A stretch of 64,000 nucleotides of DNA from Aurantibacter sp. Its GTDB lineage: Bacteria; Bacteroidota; Bacteroidia; Flavobacteriales; Flavobacteriaceae. A model generated the notes under the pieces. The model had not been told where the DNA came from, ran no database searches, and saw only the letters and a list, made by a program, of their open reading frames with translations. A program made the translations under genes and the position numbers. Where the stretch lies: the NCBI GenBank assembly GCA_965215845.1, contig CBDCEL010000002.1:22954-86953 (forward strand), given 5' to 3'. Of this stretch, positions 57,284-64,000 are shown piece after piece (the first letter of the stretch is position 1; each line of letters starts with the position of its first letter).

Positions 57284-58114
57284 TCACAACCTCCTTCTAA
57301 ATATCACTTCCCGATTCCCCTTCAATTCCTTTAGCCTCAATTCAAGCTTTTCATTATCCCCCAATGTAAACTTGGGCAGGACATAAACGAATCTCGAAGT
57401 TTCCCCATGTCTTGTTTTCCTGGGCATTTGATAAATGTATTGGGGCGTAAGTGGTACGGATTGATAAGAAGCTTTACGTTTGTCATTACCCATGACCATG
57501 GCAAGTTTTAGATAGTCGATATCAAAATCGATTCCCGACTCGTTTTTGATCTCCATCTGTACAAAGACCAAGTCCTCATAATAAACCATATTCTTAATGG
57601 CAAGTAACATGCCTTGTTTTCGCTTCATAATCTTTTTACGTTCAGGTTGTTCCAGAATAGCGGCACAAGATTTTTCCAAAAATGCTATTGGATACTGCTT
57701 TTTTACTACTTGATCGGAATCGGGTTTTATGGTGTCGGTAATGGCAATTGGTTCCCTGTTATGCTCATGTCCGATACTTTCCTCAACCGAAATAAAACGG
57801 TTTTTCTCTGGCAGCTCTTCGCCGTATTCGATTATGTAGGAATACACTTTTCCATCAGTGGTAATGACCAAAAGATTGCTTGGATTTCCTTTGGTCGCTT
57901 TCAATAATCCCAAAGGTTGTGCCCGTTCGCGGTTATAGCTGAACACAAAGTTGTCCGCGCCAACGATTCCTTGCCGTATGTTGGTCGGAAAGAACAAGGC
58001 CAAGTTCATTTTTTCATTTGCATAAATGGTGTCCAGTTTCCTTGTTTTCTGACCGAAATTTGGAAGAATTGTCGAAAGAAGTATAAATGTTATTATTCCT
58101 GTTTTCATGATCAT
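57284..58114 (-). CDS. traN: Conjugative transposon protein TraN-like
   Basis: Signal peptide, size, and position after the TraM-like gene. The assignment rests mainly on the CTnDOT gene order. Confidence 0.65.
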   Translation of the reverse strand: MIMKTGIITFILLSTILPNFGQKTRKLDTIYANEKMNLALFFPTNIRQGIVGADNFVFSYNRERAQPLGLLKATKGNPSNLLVITTDGKVYSYIIEYGEELPEKNRFISVEESIGHEHNREPIAITDTIKPDSDQVVKKQYPIAFLEKSCAAILEQPERKKIMKRKQGMLLAIKNMVYYEDLVFVQMEIKNESGIDFDIDYLKLAMVMGNDKRKASYQSVPLTPQYIYQMPRKTRHGETSRFVYVLPKFTLGDNEKLELRLKELKGNREVIFRRRL

Positions 58115-58163
58115 CTTTTTAAATTAACGCCCACCCGCCTGCCGTCGGGCAGGTTTTGGGCTT

Positions 58164-59102
58164 TCATGACTTTGGTCTTAAAATGAGCTTATAGTTGTTG
58201 TTGACCGTAACCTTTACGTTCCGGTTATTCCGTTGGAATACTTTTTTCACCCCACTCACGCCGGTGTTGACGGCACCGGAAACATCGGGAACACCGGGAA
58301 TATTGAAGTCTTGGATTACATCGCCCAATACCTCGTTGAAAACATCCCCCCGAAAACTGTTCCGGATGTAAATGCCCTCCAGTCCATCGGCATTGTCATA
58401 GGCCTTAAGCTTTAAGGGCGTACCCTCTATGTTTTCCACGTTCAATACGACCCTGTTAGGCCTGAACCTTACGATTCCGTAGAGCAAGGTATTTTTCTTG
58501 ACCTCGATACCTTGAACCGTGGTGTTTTGGGTTGCCCGCATCTGCAAGCGGTCGTTGACCTTGACGGTCTGCTCCCCATCGATTTCCACTTCCAACGATT
58601 CACCCGTACCGTCCGCCAGGACTTGGGGGCTGACCGCAAAGAACATTTGATGTTCGAGACCCATGGCCTTCAGAGGGGAAACCGTATCCTTGGTATCGAT
58701 GACCTCGCTTTTCTTTCTACGTTTTTTTCGTAACGGTTTCCTGGTTCCCGAATCCACGGAATCTTGCGAATAATCGATACGCCCCAAGCGATAGATGCTA
58801 TCCACTATGCGCTGTTTCTTTTTGTCCAAAAGGTCTTCATCATACATTCCCGTTTCATCCAAAAACCGTTCGTCATAAATGCTGGGTGCGATCCGTTCCC
58901 TTTCCTCTTTGATGGCATCGACGGCCACTTTTTTTGAGGGGTACATATCCTCCCCTTCCTCCAATTCAGGCACCAAAGTGTGTTGCAGCTTGTTCGTGTC
59001 ATCACCATTCTCGCCCAATACAAATACCGAATAACTTATGATGAAAAGAATGACGACCCCAATGACGGCCACAAACACTATTTTCTTTTTATCCATTTTC
59101 AT
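58164..59102 (-). CDS. traM: Conjugative transposon protein TraM-like
   Basis: Single N-terminal TM helix, charged linker, and a C-terminal beta-rich domain. Lies between the TraK-like and TraN-like genes. Confidence 0.65.
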   Translation of the reverse strand: MKMDKKKIVFVAVIGVVILFIISYSVFVLGENGDDTNKLQHTLVPELEEGEDMYPSKKVAVDAIKEERERIAPSIYDERFLDETGMYDEDLLDKKKQRIVDSIYRLGRIDYSQDSVDSGTRKPLRKKRRKKSEVIDTKDTVSPLKAMGLEHQMFFAVSPQVLADGTGESLEVEIDGEQTVKVNDRLQMRATQNTTVQGIEVKKNTLLYGIVRFRPNRVVLNVENIEGTPLKLKAYDNADGLEGIYIRNSFRGDVFNEVLGDVIQDFNIPGVPDVSGAVNTGVSGVKKVFQRNNRNVKVTVNNNYKLILRPKS

Positions 59103-59123
59103 AGTCCGATTTTTAAGTCCAAT

Positions 59124-59738
59124 TCAGTCCTCTTCCTTTACCTTCTTCAAGGAACTCTCGAAATAATCCGTTATCAATAGCCCATGGGTGTTTTTCGGAA
59201 AGTTGCGGTCCACGGTTATGAGCCCGCCCGTAGAGACCAGCTCATAGCGATCTATCACCGATCCCCTGTTTATCTCGAATACGGTAACGGTCTTGAACCG
59301 ATACGGTTCGGCGTTCAAATCAATTTTCGATTCCACGCTCAATACCTTTTGTACAAGGGAATATTGTAAGATGCGATTATAGACCCCGTCCGCCTTTTTT
59401 TGCCTGTATACATTATCGACCGTACCGTTGCCGAGCCAAAGGGCTTTCTCCAAATTGCTTTCGTAATTACTGTCATCGATGCCGTAGAAGTATTCATGGA
59501 ACAACTTCAAATGGGACAGGGCCTCGACCTGAAGGTTTTCCTTTTGGGAGACCAATTTCAAGGGAATCACCGAACCGTCGGTATTGACCGCAAAGGCACT
59601 TTCCATCGCCTTATTGTACATATTGAAGACCATCACTCCTGAGAATACGCTTGAGAGCAAGGCCGTTACGGTAACGGTAATAGTAACGTAGCGGTTCAGC
59701 TTTAGCACATCATATATATTTTTATAGGGTAGTTTCAT
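59124..59738 (-). CDS. traK: Conjugative transposon protein TraK-like
   Basis: 204 aa with an N-terminal TM helix (VTITVTVTALLSSVFSGVMVF). Typical size and position. Confidence 0.7.
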   Translation of the reverse strand: MKLPYKNIYDVLKLNRYVTITVTVTALLSSVFSGVMVFNMYNKAMESAFAVNTDGSVIPLKLVSQKENLQVEALSHLKLFHEYFYGIDDSNYESNLEKALWLGNGTVDNVYRQKKADGVYNRILQYSLVQKVLSVESKIDLNAEPYRFKTVTVFEINRGSVIDRYELVSTGGLITVDRNFPKNTHGLLITDYFESSLKKVKEED

Positions 59739-59785
59739 CTTTTTCTTTTTTAGTAAAAAGGGTCTATGACCCTTGCCCGCGGGTG

Positions 59786-60628
59786 CTACCCGCTAAAAAG
59801 TCTTAGGGTAAAGGTGGTCGCCCTTTTATAAAGTTTGAATTTTAAGAATACGATAAACCCGATCGTCGCCGCTTCGACCAAGATCTTGATGGTATTGTTG
59901 TCCGTTGGCCCGCCCCAAAGGTTCGTCCAGAAGTTGGCATTGATTTCCGAATAGAGTTGGTTTACGAAGATGTTGACCAGAAAGAAAGCGGGCACCAACA
60001 TATATACGGCCGCATACAGCTTGAAAAAAGTATAGGCCATGTTTCGAAACTTTTCAAAAACGGCCAAACTGATGACCAAAGGGAAGAATGCCTGCATGAT
60101 GCCCAAAAGAAAGTACCGCTCCGCCAGGAACAAGGGGTAGATGAAGAGGTCTATCATCCACAGGACCAATCCAATGAAAAAACTGAACATCTTTATCCCG
60201 AAGACCGGAGTGACCAAAGCTTCGTACAACAAGGCCCATGCTTTTTTGGCCGCATCGAAAGCCCCCACATCCTCTTCAATGGGAATATCCTGTAGTTGCA
60301 ACGGGATCAGGGCCGGGGCCGTATCACGATACTGTCCTTCGATGGCCACCAAGATACCATCGAAAAACCCCAGGATCTGGGTCGAGAATATGACCAACAG
60401 GACGATAACGAAATTCTTGGCCAAATCCCTTGGGGAGAGTCCCCAAGAGTACCCCTCCTTATCTGCAAGACCCTCATTGTATTTTTTGAGGATGTTGACC
60501 AAAAAGAACAGCACGGCCAAGACCTTGATACCACGAATGGTATAGGTGGAGAAGTCGGTGCCCTTGATCGTCTCAAAGACAGCGTCCACATATTCAAGGC
60601 CGATGCCCAATGTTACCGCAATTTCCAT
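59786..60628 (-). CDS. traJ: Conjugative transposon membrane protein TraJ-like
   Basis: Polytopic membrane protein (at least 5 TM helices) between the TraI-like and TraK-like genes. Confidence 0.65.
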   Translation of the reverse strand: MEIAVTLGIGLEYVDAVFETIKGTDFSTYTIRGIKVLAVLFFLVNILKKYNEGLADKEGYSWGLSPRDLAKNFVIVLLVIFSTQILGFFDGILVAIEGQYRDTAPALIPLQLQDIPIEEDVGAFDAAKKAWALLYEALVTPVFGIKMFSFFIGLVLWMIDLFIYPLFLAERYFLLGIMQAFFPLVISLAVFEKFRNMAYTFFKLYAAVYMLVPAFFLVNIFVNQLYSEINANFWTNLWGGPTDNNTIKILVEAATIGFIVFLKFKLYKRATTFTLRLFSG

Positions 60629-60631
60629 GTT

Positions 60632-61213
60632 TCAATAATTTGGCTTCCTGCCGTTGATAACGGCCTGCATCTCCCTAAAGGCAATGATATCCCGATATCG
60701 TTGGGTCTTCCGTTCGATTTCCGATACCATCTCCTGGGATTCCCGTTGATGGGCACGAATAGCACGCATCCGTTCCCCGTCGGTCAGTTTCAGATGGTCG
60801 CTCGAAAGGATCTCGTTGATGAACTCTAGGTCTTCCGTAGCCTGGTCCAGAATGGCATTGAAGGAGGAAGAAATCCGTTCCACTTCATCCGCACGGATAT
60901 GGGGCGAATTCAAAATATCCCTGAGATCGCCCTGGACAGTATCGTAAAGGCGTTTGTTGTTCCGGATGAGTTCTTGCACCGCTTTCAACTTCTCGATGGC
61001 AGCGCTTACCTTTTCGATATTCTCCTTTTGCTTTTTTAGGAATTTGACCGTCTTAATGATGTTGGCGGTCTGCTTGCCCGCCTCCACCAATTGCTTGACA
61101 AAAGAGAGGAAGTTCACATTGTCGTACACCGGAAATCCTTGGCAGGCAGCGCCTGCAGGCATAAATAGGGCAAAGGTCAACACTATAATTCCTGTTTTGA
61201 TTTTCTTTTTCAT
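60632..61213 (-). CDS. Secreted coiled-coil conjugation protein (TraI/DUF4141-like)
   Basis: Signal peptide and FPVYDNVNFLSFVKQLVEAGKQ. Position directly after the ATPase gene. Confidence 0.55.
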   Translation of the reverse strand: MKKKIKTGIIVLTFALFMPAGAACQGFPVYDNVNFLSFVKQLVEAGKQTANIIKTVKFLKKQKENIEKVSAAIEKLKAVQELIRNNKRLYDTVQGDLRDILNSPHIRADEVERISSSFNAILDQATEDLEFINEILSSDHLKLTDGERMRAIRAHQRESQEMVSEIERKTQRYRDIIAFREMQAVINGRKPNY

Positions 61214-61279
61214 GATTTCTAGATTTTGAGATGTCTTGTTCGAAATCTTGAACGAATGACATCGGGTTAAACATTTGAG

Positions 61280-63696
61280 CTAGGCAACTTTGAGTTTCAG
61301 AAACTCTTTAATCGCCAACTCCATATCATTATTATTTTTATAAATCCGCATTATGCGGTCGCTGTCGGGGCCGTCGGTCAGGTAAGCGGCGAATACCTCT
61401 GGCGGCACTTCCAATCGGAAGATGTTGCTCTCCTTGCCGATCTTGATGAACATCTCGGTGTACTTGCGTTCCCCGGTCAGGTCGTTCCTGATGGATTTCA
61501 GTTGGTTCAGGTCATGGCTAGAAAGGTTCAACCTCTTTACCAGTTCACCGTACCCCTTTTCGTTGTTGAGGCTATAAATGACCTGTGTGTTTTCAAGGAT
61601 GCTGGCCGAAGTGGAGTTATCGGGCAGTTGGTTTATGGATTGTAAAACGATTCCGATGGCCCCTTCCTGTTTTCGGATTGCCTGATAGTAGAATTCCACG
61701 CTCTCCAATACATTGGGGAATTTCAATTGTTTTGCGAACTCGTCGAATAGGATGATCCCTTTTTCTTCCTTGTTTCGCCATATGGTCCGTTGGATGGCCG
61801 TTTTTATCAATTTCAACATGACGGAGAGGATTTCCTTGTTGTCCTTTACCTCGTCCAGTTCGAAGACGATCAATCGTTTGTCCTCGATCTTATAGGATTG
61901 GTCTTCGCTCATCTCGAAAAGGAAACTGTAAAGTCCTCCCTCCACATATTCCGAAAGGATATGAAGGAAATTCGTAATGTTGAAATAGGGGGCATCAATG
62001 CCCAATTTTTGTAAAAGGGTTTCCCTGTCCTTGCGGATGAATCGATAAAAGCTTTCCAAGGAATGTCCATCGGAAACCGTTTTGTAGTAATGCTGAAGGA
62101 TTTTCTTCAACGATACCGATTGCGCCTTGGTCACCTTCATGTCGGAGGCCAATAGTTCGAACAAAAACACGGATAGGTCTTCCAATCGTTCGGGGGCGAC
62201 ATCGGTGCCACCGGTACCCGGATTTACAAAGAACGGATTGATTCCTAGGTTTTTTCCGCTCTCGTATCGTAATACGGTATACTGATCGGGGTACAACTGT
62301 GCGAACTTGGTATACGAACCCCCAAGATCGATGATGACCAAGCGGACGTCCTTTTCGAAATACTGGCGAAGGATGTTGTTCGCCAAGAAAGATTTGCCTT
62401 CTCCCGTTGGGGCGAGTATGACAAAGTTTCTGGCCTTGATCCGTTTTTTCCTTTCGTCCCAGACATCTTTCAATACAGGGATATTATGCTCCCGGTCATT
62501 GAAGACGATACCCGTCTTATCAGATCGGTAATTCGTATTGTTGATCAGCAAGCAAAGCGCATGCTTCAAATCGGTCACGTACAGATCCTCGTTCGAGAAG
62601 TTGGAGGAGAAACAGCAATAGCTGTTCAGAAAGAAGTTTTTACGCTCCTCGCTGCTTGGGTAATATGGAACGATGTCCAATTCCTTGAACTCGGTCTTGA
62701 TTTTTGACGCGATACTTTCTAGCTGTCGGGCTTCCCGACTCCAATAGATGACATTCAAGTGACCTCGAACAATCCGGGAACTATCATCGTTGTTTATCTG
62801 GTCTAGGATGTATTGGATTTTCTTTAGGACAACTTTGTTCTGCGAACCGAAGTTGGAACTCTTGTTCAGCTCTTCGATTTTCTTGTCCAACAGCTTGCGC
62901 CATTTCTGTTTGTAGTCTAGATAGATGACCTGGTTGACAACATGGTTCTCGTTCAAGGAAAGTCCAAGGCCATCGATAAATCCCTGATGGAAGCTGAAGT
63001 CATCGGAGGTAAAGCGTTCGTTGATCTTGCTCGTCTGGACTTTTCCCCAAAACACCGCTCGCTGTTCACCGCAAGCACATCGAAATAGTGTTCCCCGATC
63101 TGGATGTTCTTTTTGTCAAGCTCAATGGCAGTATCGAAACCCTCATTGAAACCATTGAAATAGGCATTTCCCAAGTTCAATATCTCGGCCTCTGCAAGAG
63201 GTATCAAAGAAACCTTTCTACCATTATTGATAAAGGAAACCGAATCATTGACGGCAGCTCTGAAACGTTGGAGATTCTCCTGTAGCACTTCTGGAATCTT
63301 TACATCCACTTTGCGAAAAGGGTTGACATATTTCGGGTTGTTGAGCTGTTTGTTCTTGGTGAGGGTAAAGAAGAGATAGCCATGGTGTTCCATATGCTCC
63401 CTTCCCTTGAAATAATCATGGGTGGCTTTGGACAAAAAAGTATCGTTGGGTAGATTTTCCGAAGTGAACGACTTTTTGAAGTAGATGTCATGTTTATGCA
63501 CGACCGTACCAACGGGCAACGATTTTATCGCCTGAAACCAATTGCTGTGCAGATCCTCGAAATCTTTTTCCGAAAGGGAATAGATTTCCGGTAACTGTAC
63601 CCGATAGCAGGCCACAACGTTCCCGTTGTTAGAGAAGATCAAATGACCTTTGATGTCCTTTACGGGCCGATATTTAGCGATGTTGATCTTCGACAT
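61280..63696 (-). CDS. traG: Conjugative ATPase TraG (VirB4-like); apparent 1-nt frameshift near 63055-63058
   Basis: The two ORFs join as ...HYFDVLAVNSE(R)/VFWGKVQTSKINERF. Walker A ILAPTGEGKSF and Walker B GIILFDEFAK. Confidence 0.85.
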
Positions 63697-63967
63697 GGTT
63701 CAGAATATTGTCTTTTTTGTTGCTGATGCTTTTCGGGAATACCTTTCGGAGATTGAACGGTCGGGTGCTGCTTTGCATTCTGCTCAGGCCTATAAATAGA
63801 CCCGTGTTCCAGATAAAAAGCGTTAGAACGATCATCGGACTGAACGAAAAAATGATGACCAGCAGACTGGCAACCACCGACACCATCAAAAGGGCAAAGA
63901 GCGATATGGGCAGGCCCCATATCAATGCCCCATTGCGGATGTTCCGGTAGACCTCGAACGTTTTCAT
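63674..63967 (-). CDS. Small membrane conjugation protein (TraF/DUF4133-like)
   Basis: 97 aa, two TM helices, directly upstream of and overlapping traG. Confidence 0.55.
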   Translation of the reverse strand: MKTFEVYRNIRNGALIWGLPISLFALLMVSVVASLLVIIFSFSPMIVLTLFIWNTGLFIGLSRMQSSTRPFNLRKVFPKSISNKKDNILNHVEDQHR

Positions 63968-64000
63968 GATTTTTTTGATAAAGGACCACAGCGGGCCGTT

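Larger units (their letters stand above)
32615..64000. mobile_element. Integrative conjugative element (Bacteroidetes CTn-type) inserted next to tRNA-Pro; the right end lies outside the window
   Basis: Order after the tRNA: integrase, cargo, ssb/radC-like, oriT-like region, mobA/B/C, AT-rich cargo, tra genes (TraN, M, K, J, I-like, G, F-like). Confidence 0.85.

Noticed and set aside
1-64000. CRISPR arrays, rRNA genes, or IS elements with terminal inverted repeats and a transposase.
   Set aside because: No regularly spaced direct repeats, no rRNA-like sequence and no transposase-like ORF were seen anywhere in the window.

Overview
The window looks like a chromosomal segment from a Bacteroidota genome, probably a flavobacterium. 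Supporting signs are Bacteroidetes-type integrases, a CTnDOT-style mobA/mobB/mobC module with traF-to-traN genes, and no Shine-Dalgarno signals. It has four parts. (1) 1-3.7 kb is the right end of an integrase-bounded island carrying a B12-binding-type radical-SAM gene. (2) 3.7-32.1 kb is ordinary core: yebC, phhB, glsA, gcvT, thrABC, nnr, clpC, gyrA, a thiolase, a 7TM-HD protein, and a small accessory patch (AraC-type regulator, three ester-cyclase paralogs, a GT1 glycosyltransferase). The thrABC operon has a Thr-rich leader peptide. (3) 32.2-32.6 kb holds tRNA-Ser(GCT) and tRNA-Pro(TGG). (4) 32.6-64 kb and beyond is an integrative conjugative element (ICE) inserted just after tRNA-Pro. In order it carries: a tyrosine integrase, a split LanB-type dehydratase pair with no LanC, ssb, a radC-like JAB gene, an oriT-like region, mobA/B/C, an AT-rich cargo block, and a Bacteroidetes-type tra operon that runs off the window. 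The cargo block is the most interesting part. It is a same-strand defence array read on the minus strand from 51530 down to 44887. It contains a Hachiman-like DUF1837+DEAH-helicase pair, a stand-alone SIR2-like protein, and a three-gene module that I cannot assign to a named system. That module is an HsdR_N-type PD-(D/E)xK protein followed by two dissimilar small HEPN-motif proteins. The array is flanked by an SH3/MBL-fold hydrolase and a serine recombinase. One caveat matters throughout. At least nine genes show single-base frameshifts, mostly in homopolymer or doublet runs, and the essential gyrA is hit twice. I therefore treat these as probable sequencing errors and annotate the genes as single CDSs. 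All functional calls come from motifs read by eye. No database search was run.
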